This document shows, in pieces, positions 51,901 to 64,000 of a stretch of 64,000 bases of DNA. This DNA comes from Podarcis vaucheri (lineage: Eukaryota): assembly GCA_965113315.1 (NCBI GenBank), contig OZ220365.1. The stretch is one strand, 5' to 3'. Below the pieces are notes generated by a model. That model was not told the DNA's origin. It ran no database searches and saw only the letters and a list, made by a program, of their open reading frames with translations. A program made the translations under genes and the position numbers. Every line of letters starts with the position of its first letter. Positions within the stretch are counted from its first letter, which is position 1.

Positions 51901-54011
51901 AACATCCTGCTACCAAAATGCTAATCCTAGCATTCGTTCATGTTTAGCAAATCTGTCCCTGGGCAACAAACTATCAAACACTGGGTCTTGCCTAGTACCT
52001 TTGAATGAATAAGTATGGAAGAAATGTGGCAGATTGATGTGAACATCACTCACGTTAGATTAGCCTTGCTACTTTTTCCAAAGTAAAAGCAACGCTTCAA
52101 AATTTTCAACTTTACTTCACTATCTCATCAAAGCATTCTAGTGGAAACCAATTGGGCATGAAGCAACTGTAAATTAAAATCTAAAATCCCCCCCCATAGG
52201 TGGAAGCACATCTGCTCACACATGTTTTTGGGGCTGCAGCCAGGGTCAGGAATCCTTAAGAACAGTATGCAATGCAGAAAGGATAGCTGCAGCTGAGAGG
52301 GGAAATAAACTGGTGGACAGCCCCCCCCCCCCCATTGCAGATAGATCTTTTGATTCAAGCCCATATAAATCAAAATGTGGTACAGTAAGAAAGAAAGAGT
52401 GGGGTGGTTGGTACGTTGAAAAAGATTTTGGTGCATTTGACCTTCATGTTCTCTCTCTTCTTTCATTAACTGTCTGCTGAAGTGATCTGGCCAAATACAG
52501 GCAATTCAGGTCCTGTCATGGAATTACAAGATAAATTAGGGACTGCTACTACAAATTTATAGCTACCAAGGTCTTTGCTGATTAAATTTTCCAGACTTGA
52601 AAGTAATTTCAGTGTCAACACTCTTTTATTTAACTCACAATCAACATCAGGACAAATGAGGAAGGGGTGATGGTGGGGGCAGCTTAGCACTTTTCCCTTC
52701 AAATTATCACATGATTTGATCAGTGCTATCTTCCTTTCATTTTAATGGCAAGGAAATAAATGTTAACTTAAGAGAAGCTAAGTTTGCCTGAGAGTTACTC
52801 CATACAAACAAAAGGAAATTGTCAGAGCCAGCAGAAGTAGTTTGCACCCTTGAAAAGCTATAAACGTCCCACAGTTTTCAGCCTTTTTATTTTTTTAATA
52901 TATGAAGCTGCTGCATTGTTCTCCAGCATGCAAATAATTACTTGTGGCTAATTTTACTCTCTGCACTATTGTCATTAGCAGAAAATACCATGTGAACGAA
53001 ACAAATGTAGATGACTAAAGTTTGCTGTGATTTCCTTAATCATAGCAGTGCACTTGTAGTATGAAGTGGAGCTAAGCAGGAATTTGAATCTGAATTTATT
53101 GTATCCAAACTGAACACTTTGAGCATTAGCACTATGAAATAACAAAGGGCTGTGGTTTGTTTTGCTCGGAACTATGATCTGGAGCCGAGGTTTGTTCTTG
53201 ACATTGGACTAAAAACAATCACAATCCTCAATTTGTCCATAATGCTAAGCTATGGTTTGTTTCTCTCATATGCTAGCAGGGATGAACTCTGATATTTTTA
53301 AATTAAAATGTACATTGTAGTAAATACAGCTTTTTCATTTGATTTCAAATGCAGAACCATAGAAGTAATCTAAAAGTTTGCATGGGGGAAATGAATGGAA
53401 TCAATCAGTGGGGCTAATATAAAACCGTGTTTTAGAATGTAGACAATTGCAGCAATTGACATAACACCCAAATACTTTATTTGCCATATGTTCTATTATA
53501 AATCACATAAGCAAGCTATAAACAAAGTTTTGAATACTTTTTGGGATTTTAAAATGTTTATAGAGATTGTAAAATGAATCCTTGTGGATTCCTTTTGGTA
53601 GAAGAGCCTGAGATCGATGTTTCAAAGACAGAGTAAATGTGTGCTACAGAAACTCTCTCATTCAAAGGCAAAAAGGATGTTTTTAATTCTACTCCAATAT
53701 CCACTTGCGTTCGCACGCACGCACGTGCACGCGCACACAAACACACACACACATTCTGCTACCTGGTCTTTCTGGAGGTAGAACCAGTTTTTAACTTTTG
53801 TTTCAGTTTCAAACCATAGAAACAGTTTTTGTTTCATATAATGCACTCAAAAGATTTCCAAGCATGCAAGTGAAGCTGTGTTTTATCCAATCAATATGTT
53901 CATGCCTATTTAGAAAGACATTACAAAACACTATACATATCAAGCTTTAGGCATTTTGTTTCACATGAGCTAAGACAGTATTCTATTAGGCCACAAGTAA
54001 GGGTTAAAGGT

Positions 54012-54392
54012 GGGACGCGGGTGGGACCCCCGTGGGACGCGGGTGGCGCTGTGGGCTAAAGCCTCAACGCCTAGGGCTTGCCGATCGAAAGGTCGGCGGT
54101 TCGAATCCCCGCGGCGGGGTGCGCTCCCGCTGCTCGGTCCCAGCGCCTGCCCACCTAGCAGTTCGAAAGCACCCCCGGGTGCAAGTAGATAAATAGGTAC
54201 CGCTTACCAGCGGGAAGGTAAACGGCGTTCCGTGTGCGGCTCTGGCTCGCCAGAGCAGCAATGTCACGCTGGCCACGTGACCCGGAAGTGTCCCCGGACA
54301 GCGCTGGCCCCCGGCCAATAAATGTGAGATGGGCGCACAAACCCCACAGTCTGTCAAGACTGGCCCGTTCGGGCAGGGGTACCTTTACCTTT
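54012..54392 (+). mobile_element. Sauria SINE, young subfamily with a reiterated 5' end
   Basis: Intact A and B boxes, ACCTTT tail, perfect 14-bp TSD TAAGGGTTAAAGGT (53998-54011, 54393-54406). Confidence 0.95.
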
Positions 54393-56090
54393 TAAGGGTT
54401 AAAGGTAAATTAGGGTGAATAATGCCTATCTTTATAAACATGGAGATGGTGATCTCTCTCAAAGAGCAACAGATTTTAAAAGAGTGAAACATAATAAATT
54501 ATTCGACTAAAGATTTGGCATATTATGTAGATTTGCATAATATGATGCCAGAGACAAACAGATGATGGGCTATTTAAATAAATATTATTTTACATCAAGT
54601 CAGATTTTTAATATTGAACATTTTACAGTTAACCATTATGCAAATACTATTTTTAAATCTCAGCTATTGGTATAGAAAGAAAACACTCATTAAAACAGAA
54701 CAAGGTCTTTCACAAAGTTCTGACATCTATTACTGTATAGTGTACCGTGCAATCCAAAAGCACCATTGAGTTAAATGGATCTAAGAGTTCATTGGGCATA
54801 GGGTTGCAGTCTAAATATCTACAACAAAATGACAATACATAAACCAAACCTCACCTTCTACACAGGTCAAGGCACAGGCTGCAAGATATAATTGGCCAGC
54901 AGCTACCACAGGTGTGAATAAGGGCAGACTGCTTTCACACTGAGCTACTTGGAAGCGGATAAGAGTCTTTATCTAGCGAGAAAGTAGAACAGAAGCAGAG
55001 TACATCTTTTAAGCAGGATATCTACGAGCCTCTTCAATCCTTTTACCAGACACACAAATGCAACCCAGCTAACTTTTTTTTTAACTGCTTAAAATACTAA
55101 CCCGCCTACTGAACTAGTTGGAAAAATCTGAGAAAGGGGTGGAGTAAGTGAAATCAGTCCAACAGGTCACCTTTCAACCACCTATGACATCAGCCTGCTG
55201 CCCTGATTACTTCATTAATGCATTTGAGCTGAAGACAATGGGCCTGCCATTAAGCACCACACAGTGCAAGATAAGAAAGCCCTAAGCAGATAATAATCGG
55301 TGCATTTAGTTGGATTTTAAACATTCAGCTGCTTAATCATTTCTTCCTCACTCCATGCTGCTGCTTAAACATACAGGGAATGCTTTGGATGCCTTAAGGC
55401 TAAGTGAGGGGAAAGGGGAAGGAGGCAGAAAGAGAAAAATTACTTGGGCACCTTTAAGTACCCAGAGAGAAGGAGTGCAAACAGCCAAGGGATTTCATTG
55501 ACAATCCTCTGCCAGCGAAATGAAAACATTTCTTAATTGCCATTAGGGAAATAGATTAAACAAGGGCTTGGTTAGCATCTGAAGACTGGCAAACAGATTA
55601 TGAGGAAAGGCAGTGCAACCAAGTGCGGAACTGATATTCTCTTCCAGCTTTTTTCCAAATGAGCTTAGCTCATTTATCGTGTGTCACTAGGTACAAAGGG
55701 AATGATCTTGGTTGACAAGTTTTAAAGTAATAATTGTACAGATGACAAAACATAGCAACCCTCAGTGATTCAGCTGGGTTCCCTTGACTTCATATGGAAG
55801 AACTTGGGAGACTGCAAGATGTACTGGTTAAGGAGTATGAAGAACGGACATAACAAAGCTGATAAAAATGGCAAAAAAACCCATTAAATGTGACCAAGGC
55901 CAGTTCACAGGATCAGAAGGATGATTCTCTCTACGTACTCAGCAACCTTAAATCCGGCATTCCCCCCCTTCAAAACTCCTGTTTATTAATGGACATTATA
56001 TTTGCAGCTTTGGTAACACTTTTAGCATCACCCCAAACTCTTTTGAAAATATCTCTCACTACATTTATCTGATTTGCCTGTACATATATA

Positions 56091-56236
56091 CAGTGCTTTT
56101 CCCCTAAAACAAATGTTTAGGGGTACTCTCATTTCCCTACGCATATTGAAATACTGTCCCTCAATGAAGCCAAACATAGATTTACAAAACGTTTAGGGGT
56201 ATGCGTATTCCTGCATCCCCCCAGAAAAAAGCACTG
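56091..56236. mobile_element. hAT-type MITE (family of 37465-37612, opposite orientation)
   Basis: CAGTGCTTTT / AAAAGCACTG TIRs; perfect 8-bp TSD CATATATA. Confidence 0.9.
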
Positions 56237-57096
56237 CATATATACAAATGATTAGAAACATATATATCTACTTTCTATACTAGCCCTACTCTCACAATCA
56301 TTATTTTGCAGAACTGCTAGCATAAAAACAAACTTGCCTGAACAATTAAAATGCTCAAACTGGGTTGCTGGTAAAGTTGGAAATGAAATGCGACACACAG
56401 TTGTGTCCCTTTTGCAAAGTATTGAGAAACAGAGGAAACTGACTTGCACTTTCCCTTTTTAAATCACAAAGTTTATCATAGTATTCCAAGAAAGCCTCTG
56501 TAGGCTTACACATACAAGTATTTCTCTCTCCTTTTTTATCAAATAAAGCTTCCTTTTTCTGATATATAGATAAAGCATTTCTCCTTGGGATAAGAATCTA
56601 GCATATTAGAAAGAAAAAAAAACTTTGATGAAAGGAAGCTTCCTGAAGCAAGTAATGACCTACTTTCCCTCAAAATACAGGTGATGTTTAAACAGAAAAA
56701 TAGATACGTAATTCCCCTCTCCTCCACTGAGATTGTTAAAAAAAAATAAAATGTACTGCATCTTCAATTAAAAATTTAGAAGGGCATAGCTGAGGGAAGT
56801 GGGGTGCCCATAGGCAGCAAGTAGGAGACCCCGCTATATTATGGTAGCAGCAATGAGACAACACATTAACATAATGCAGGTATTATGTTCCAGTCCTTCA
56901 AACCAATTCTCTTTTTCATTTCCTGGTTTCATCTGTAGTAGCCATGATTCATTACAACATCTAAATTGGATATACATTCTGGTTAATGCCAAACTCCAAA
57001 CTGTGTGTTGAAATCAGGTTCACAAACTATGATCTTCCTAATTTGAAAACAAAGGTGAAGTGTAATTAGAGAAAACATGGAAATGGAGGAATTGGC

Positions 57097-57136
<40 letters not shown>

Positions 57137-57137
57137 C
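57097..57137. repeat. (AAC)n microsatellite
   Basis: Seen directly. Confidence 0.95.
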
Positions 57138-57199
57138 TTAGAAAGAATAAGGAACCTGTGGCACATTCCTGATCCTCAAAACCATGGCATACTTTAGCT

Positions 57200-57451
57200 C
57201 AGGGGTAGGCAACCTTAGGCCCGGGGGCCAGATGCGGCCCAATCGCCTTCTCAATCCCGCCCATGGACGGTCTGGGAATCAGTGTGGTTTTTACATGAGT
57301 AGAATGTGTCCTTTTATTTAAAATGCATCTCTGGGTTATTTGTGGGGCATAGGAATTCGCTCATTATTTTTTTTCAAAATATAGTCCGGCCCCCCACATG
57401 GTCTGAGGGACGGTGGACCGGCCCATGGCTGGAAAAGGTTGCTGACCCCTG
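57200..57451 (+). mobile_element. hAT (Charlie/Buster-like) MITE
   Basis: CAGGGGTAGGCAACCT / AGGTTGCTGACCCCTG TIRs; degenerate TSD CTTTAGCT/GTCTAGCT; same family as 29809-30055. Confidence 0.88.
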
Positions 57452-60400
57452 GTCTAGCTCCTGAATTAAAAACCTGTATTAAGAAAGCAACCATACCCAA
57501 TACGTTGCTATTTAGCTAATGTAGGACACGTCAAACCCTATGCACTTCTTAACAGATTCTTGCACTCTTCAATGGATACCGTTAAAAGGTGTTGTTGTGT
57601 GGCTCTTTAAAGGAGACAGAACTACAAAGTAGGCCTAGTGGAAGGGTGGTTGTGTGTGCATGTAGTGAATAACCCACAAATTCGATGCAGTAACCATAAA
57701 TCATTCCAGATTTTTAATGAATTATTTGCCTTTATAATTCTCCTCCCCCTCCCCTTCCTTCACTTAACATACGGTACAACGAAACAAAAGAGAGAACATC
57801 TTTGTTATGACAGAATGTTCCACTTGAAGCAAAACTAAACCCAATACCCAGTACTATGGGCTGTGTCTGAAGTTACGTTCAGTGCAGATCGTAAGCATCC
57901 GAAGGAACGAAAAGAAATGGGCAACCTAAAGAGGAGATTGCATCTAATGCTGTAAATATTACATTCTGGAAAATAAGCTACATCTGAATTAACTGCTCAT
58001 AGCATTGTGCTTGCTGTTGTTTGTCAACAGCATGGTTCATATACATATAGTATTGTGACTTCTTTTTAACTTAGCCAGCAATTCATGATAGGACAGGCCT
58101 TGTCCTGTTTTTAAATGGGCCATATTTCCCCTCTAGTCAAGTAACTGATAAACCAACATAAACAAGATAAACATTTTAATGTTTTATAAGTCATTGAATT
58201 ATCAGGCTACCTGAGTGAACAACTTAATTTTAAAGGTGACTAACCCAACTTTTATTCTCAGCTGACTATTCCTTACTGTAATAAAGATGGTCCTACAATA
58301 AAGAATTAATAAATATAGAACTTACTACGTGCTTTAAAGAGGAAAAATCTCTGGATCCTCACAAACCTTTCAACCTCCCATTCCCCCTCCCTGCCCAATT
58401 TGCATGGAGGAGTTTATTTTACAGCTTTATCCATGTAATGGTCTCACAGGCCTCCCCTTCATGCCAAAATACCTCTTTGAAGTTTGCCCTCCCATTAGTG
58501 CTTCAGTGTAGGTATTCAGACTGATCACACAAGCACAGCAAAACTCCAGAACTGTCCGTGTTCTGTCGGATACAGTTGTTTCATGTTGCCTGTGATTTAC
58601 AATCTTAATTATTGCTCAAAAGAAGAAGAGCACATATTTGTTGGAGCTGCCCCCCCCTTTACCGTCGTCTCTCTCTCTCTCTCTTTTAACAAAACAGTGC
58701 TCTCAGGGTTTGTTGGACATTGTGCAGGATGTCTTTTACCATGCCGAATGGAACACACTTAATACTTCTCCTTTATAACCTTTGTAATAAATCAACTGTC
58801 ACTCCATTTGCACAAGTGCAGCCATTAGTGTCCTGTGCCCTCCTCCCCAGCACTTCCCGAATTTTAAACAAAGTAGGAATAAACTGAAGCTGAACAGAGC
58901 CAGCGAGTCCAGTAAATCAGTTTAATGAGAACAGAAACAGTTGTAAGAAGTCCACTGCTGAACGTGGGCACGGGAGACTCGTCTTTAGAATAAGATTTGG
59001 ACTTTGGAAAACTGTGGGAGTCATATTGAGGAATAATTTATTGTTCAGTCGTGACGTCTGCTGCGAACATTGTGTTCTTTGAAATTACTTTTACTGCAGT
59101 TCTGAGATGTATCTTGTTTAGATTCTTCGGTTTGGTCCCATTATAGCTTCGTGCTTTCATCTTTTCCCACAGATGTGGTGAATTGTTTGCTTATCCACTC
59201 ATTTCTGAGCTCTTACTTAATTTCCTTGTTTTGCATTTGTTACAGGTGAATCACAAGGGCACTTATATCTGTTTTAGATACAAATGCTTAAGAACAACAA
59301 ATTGTCATCTTTTTCAATGGGACAACAAACTAAAGTACTGTGTGCTACTGGTCTGAGCGCATCTTTGAAGTGTCTCCTGAGATGCTGTTTTTATTATTTG
59401 TCCCTAGCAATCCATGTGAAGGTAACCACATGTGTAACAATAGGAAATCTATAAACTAACCGCCATTCCCAAAGCAACCCATGATAGTCTTTGCTTTCCC
59501 TTTGCATATTGCAGTTTTCTAGGCCAATTGCATGATTCACAGGCCAAAGGCCCCATAGGCTCTTCACAGAATTCTGTGTAATACTATTAAAAAAAAGCAA
59601 TTAAGAATAATGTATTCCAACTCTAATCATATTTACTCTGAAATAAGTTACACTGCTTCCAAATCGAGATGGGTCTATCATTACACTGGAATGAAGGCCA
59701 CCATAGTAGATTGATTGATTGGTTTGTTTGTAAAAGGACCAATTTTCAGTTCTGAGTTTAAAAGACCTTAGGTGGCAAGATATCTGCCTCATATTTTAGA
59801 CAGCTGCTGCCAGATGAACTGACTGGTTTTGTTTTAATGTTGGAGATATAACCCTTTTGTAGGAAAATAAGAATCCATCTTGCTTTTCACTGTATAAAGG
59901 CATATTTATTGTTTTATCTCATCGTAAACCACTTTGAGGGTCGTTGTTTTTACAATCAAGCGGTGATATGAATGAAATTAAAAATAAAAATGAATGAAAT
60001 AAAAAAATAAATATTGCCTAGGACTGCAGAATGGCACCCACTAGGGAGCTTAGAAGTGCTGGGGGACTGTATTCCCTGTCTCTCAGGATGGACATCAGGT
60101 CAAGGAGGAATGTCTACCTGGTCCTATCCGTCAAGTCTTTCCCCCTCATTCTTTTTACAGTATGTCCATTAGATTGTGAGCCTATATGCAGAGACTGTCT
60201 TGTCTTTTAATTTATGCACAGCATGCAAAAAGGCAGAGCTTTATAAGCATTAAAAAAAAAGAAAGACTGCAGTTCTATATGTAGTGGTGTACAACAATAA
60301 AACACCATTAAGAACAATGCTGCAGCAGCAGTGCCTGTGTGCATGGCACTTTGAAAGGTCCCTATCCAAACCACATTTCTATCTAAAAACCAGATACAAG

Positions 60401-62092
60401 GGAAACAAAAGAGGAAGGAGAAGGAAATGGAATTGTAGTAAATGGGAAGGGCAGGTTGGGCAGATATTTCAGCTGTACATAATGGTTGTATCCGGCATTG
60501 CATGAACATAATGCAAGCTAATGCAGTGGATATTTCAGTTTTCCTTCTCCCCTGCAGTCCCCTGTACCCCATGTTTTTATTTTTTATTTTTTAAATGGCA
60601 TTTTAAAAATAAAGAAAATTAAAAAGTAGAGAAGAGACGATGCCGCGGTGACCAGCATCAATCCTGGTGTGCTCCAGTATCCTCATGCTGATCCAGGAGC
60701 AAATGCCAGACCTGCTACCCCTAACATATGCTGCTCTTTGGATGTCATGGGCCGCTGTGCTGTGAGTTCCTGAAATCTGGTCCTAGCTATAATGAAAATA
60801 TTTGTAAACCAGGGGATTCCCCCCTCCCCCAATTTTTTTTGGTACCAGCATTCAACAGGTTCATTACTAACCCACTACAGAACCTTTAACTTCTGTGAGA
60901 CAGTAGAGATATAGAGTTGATGTAGACATGATATATGCAATCCAGAGTCGCATTTTAACACCTGCCAGGCGCTATCAGCATCCTTAGCCTAAGGAGAGTT
61001 TATGAAGTTCAACCATTGTTTTCTCTCATTTAAATCCAGTGACCCTCTCCTAATGTCACCCTTGCTACAGTATTATCAGTGTTGATCGGAAGGGTCATTC
61101 CTTGCAAGATGTCACTAAATCAACATCCCTTCAGGGTCTCATTCTGAAGAGAGGATGTGTGTCTGCAAGTGACCTTTGGAGTTCAAAAAGCGGCTTGAGC
61201 AGAGATGCTGTACCATTCATCACCGTGGCCAGAGAGGGCATTTGCACAGGGTCCTAGTGGCGAAGAAGGCCTGCTATGAACTTCCTTGTACTCTTTCAGC
61301 TAAATATAGGCTGCTTCTTAAAATGATTCATTTTGCTGGGAGGAGGGGGAAGGGGATGGCAGAAGGTGAGGTCACTGAAGTCACAGTAGTTACAGTCAAT
61401 TCCAGAATGAACTCATGAACACACGCACACAAACACACACAAACTGAGGGCATGCGTGGTTGTTATTAGCATGGGTTACAATAAATCTTATCTTTCACTT
61501 CAAATGTTTTGCTTTGGAAGTAGCTAAGTAACAAGCACTTCTTCCACTCATCGAGAGGTGGGGGGTGGGCAGAGAAGCAGAAAGAGGCAAAATGAACTCT
61601 TCATTTGAAAACAAACAAGGTTGGGTCTGCTTCAAAAGCTGAGGGAGCTGAAGTACTCCTCACATGTCCTTTAAAGGAGATAAGAGACAAAACACAGTAC
61701 CAACCATCACTGCTTGTCTTCATGTCAATTCTGATTGAGGGAGCTGAAAGCAGTGAAAGAAACAGGTTGAAACTTAAGGGAAATTTAACACTGTCGGATG
61801 TAGCAACAACCAACTTGCTGTTACTGGGTAAAGTATATATGCCCTGTGGAAAACTATTTTACATGTTTAAATAATGGCTCTAAATAAAAAACAACGACGA
61901 GAGGCAGTTATTAGAAACTGTTGGGAGTTGGTTCACAATTATCAGATATTATATCCAAATCAGATAGATATCTAGTGATTACTACTTTATAAAAGAGAAT
62001 AAGCTAGACAGTGCACTGATCCTAGGCTCTCGTCAACATTTTGAAAAAAAACTGCTTAGGCGCTCAAGGCAATAATTTTTTTTAACAAAAAG

Positions 62093-62113
62093 AGCAGCAG
62101 CAGCAGCAGCAGC
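62093..62113. repeat. (AGC)7 microsatellite
   Basis: Seen directly; no coding context. Confidence 0.85.
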
Positions 62114-62750
62114 ACCACAGACTCTGCTAGGCCTCTGTCTGCAGTGTTTGCCAATTCTCGAAAGCACTCTTATTTTGTTTGCTATTATTTAAGCTTTTTC
62201 TATAGAAAGCAAAAAAATCACAAGTGTATCGGCTGCCTGAATATCAAAGAAATGAAGTCATGGCCTTTCCCCACAATTGCTGCTAAAACGAATGGAGGAA
62301 GATTGATTAAGGCTGGAATAGTATACACCCTTACTTGACAGTAAATTGCATTGAACTCAATGGAACTTAGTAATGAGCAGGCACTGTAAACATGGGTGTC
62401 TGCAATATTTTTTCTAGGGAGTGGGAAGTAAATAAATAAGCAAAGATAACTAGAGTAAGCTGTCTGTTTTTCTTTTGCAAGATGGGCTTAGAGAACAGTT
62501 CTGATGGTTGCTAGATGTGGTGACTGAGTGGCAGGAAGGCCTGGCCCCTAAAAAAAAACTTGTATTCTAAGTCTATCACTCTGTTGCTTCTCAGTGGGTA
62601 GATCTGGCATCCAGACAATGTTGTTCTACTCACCACTGAAACTCGCAATGAAACCCTAAAACAAACAAACACTAGGCTAACAATAGAGGACTTCATTTAG
62701 AGGTTATTATAAACTACACCAACTCCCAACTACCACTAGCAAAATGAGTA

Positions 62751-62965
62751 CAGTGGTACCTCTGTTAAGAACTTAATTCGTTCTGGAGGTCCGTTCTTAA
62801 CCTGAAACTGTTCTTAACCTGAGGTAAAACTTTAGCTAATGGGGCCTCCCAGTGCCGCTGTGCGATGTCTGTTCTCATCCTGAAGCAAAGTTCTTAACCC
62901 GAGGTACTATTTCTGGGTTAGTGGAGGCTGTAACCTGAAGTGTATGTAAACCCAAGGTACCACTG
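62751..62965. mobile_element. Tc1/mariner (Tigger-like) MITE
   Basis: TA|CAGTGGTACCTC...AGGTACCACTG|TA; same family as 21331-21556. Confidence 0.9.
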
Positions 62966-64000
62966 TATAACAATACAGGTTTACTTTACAGGGCTTGTAT
63001 AACCCACATTGGCTCAGCCACAGCACCACTCCTTGTCATATGCATAGAATAATTATGAACCTTATCTGCAGTAGCATTGACAGAGTCATTTTTAAAATGT
63101 TAACAAACTTGGGGAAGTGCCAGGGGGAGGGGATGTAACTTTTTTGTATTAAACAAGGCCAGAGTTAAAAAGACTATGATATTTGCTGCTATTATTGATT
63201 TTTGTGTTGACACAATACTCTCTTATTTACAGCTACACTAAGATCCTGAATAGCTGAATAGGGCAGCAATCACCAGTTCACCAGGTAAGACCAGCACAAA
63301 AGGCTTTTTTATGGATTGTTTTTTTATTTTATTCAGGATTTTAGCACAAAAGGCTTATGAACAATCCAATAAGATCCTGCTCTACAGCGAAGGTGGGAAA
63401 CCTTTCGCCAGTGGTCCTGATTAGGGCTGGCAGATGTCCTAATTTAGCCCATGAGGTCATTTCCCCCAAACCACACCCAACTACCACGCACCTGCCATCA
63501 TACCTGATGTCAGGGTGGGGCAGATATGGATACAGCTTCAACTGAACAATCAGGAGCCTAGACTGAGTTCTTCACTGTTCTTTTGCAAGTGGAGATTCCT
63601 GTCAGCTGACAGGGGGATCATCTGCACTAGGGAGTCCCCCCCCTTCTGTTTTGAAGCAGTCTGCATTGACGCTGCTTGCAGAAACAGAGCTTTATTCCCT
63701 GCAAATAAAAAAAAGTTCCATTTTAGCAAGTATTATCAATGCAAACAGCTTTGGACTAATAAGAGCATGCCTCTTTCAAGACAAATGCCCACTGTCAACT
63801 GGCAGATTGCACTTTCACAGGGCTTGCTCCATTTGCGCAAAGCAGTTTGCACTGAAACACTTGCTAAAGCAGAGCTCCCCACCATTTTAGCAAGGTGTTT
63901 CAGTGCGAACTGTTTTGTGCTAATGGGATAAACCCCATTGAAATATTTGTTTGTTTGCTGGCTTGTTATTAAATTTCTATACTGCCCTTCATCCGAGGAT

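Noticed and set aside
53707-53753. Alternating purine-pyrimidine tract (Z-DNA-prone)
   Set aside because: A degenerate (CA)/(CG) microsatellite far from the promoter, with no evidence of function.
7628-61760. Blimp-1/IRF-like AGTGAAA motifs as autoregulatory sites
   Set aside because: Short, scattered and unclustered; not distinguishable from chance in AT-rich DNA.
62093-62113. Polyglutamine/polyalanine coding repeat
   Set aside because: No exon or ORF context; a simple microsatellite.
315-63931. The many 60-145 aa ORFs in the supplied track
   Set aside because: Apart from those overlapping PRDM1 exons 2 and 4, the L2 remnant and the LPCAT3-like insert, they show no recognisable homology, often start at TTG/GTG, and overlap repeats; they are expected noise in vertebrate non-coding DNA.

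Overview
Eukaryotic, AT-rich vertebrate genomic DNA, most likely from a lacertid lizard, judging by young Sauria-type SINEs and squamate MITE families. The window holds the 5' half of PRDM1 (Blimp-1) on the minus strand: exon 1 (~18424-18670), exon 2 (16623-16872, main ATG at 16805), exon 3 (7045-7164), exon 4 (3140-3389) and the start of exon 5 (623 to the window edge). All junctions are canonical GT-AG and phase-consistent. The remaining ~45 kb is upstream gene desert containing SINEs, L2 remnants, hAT, Tc1/mariner and Harbinger-like MITEs, and microsatellites. Two observations stand out. (1) The PRDM1 leader carries a tandem uORF module: a 4-codon uORF, a 2-nt spacer, then a 30-codon Trp-rich uORF that exists only after exon 1-2 splicing. 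Its architecture and peptide appear conserved with the human leader as I recall it, while the human N-terminal-extension frame is broken here. (2) A 239-bp tailless insertion with a perfect 14-bp target-site duplication resembles a retrocopy of only the first exon of LPCAT3, ending at a phase-1 position. Nearly all ORFs in the supplied track are spurious. Comparisons with human and mouse sequences are from memory and need alignment to confirm.
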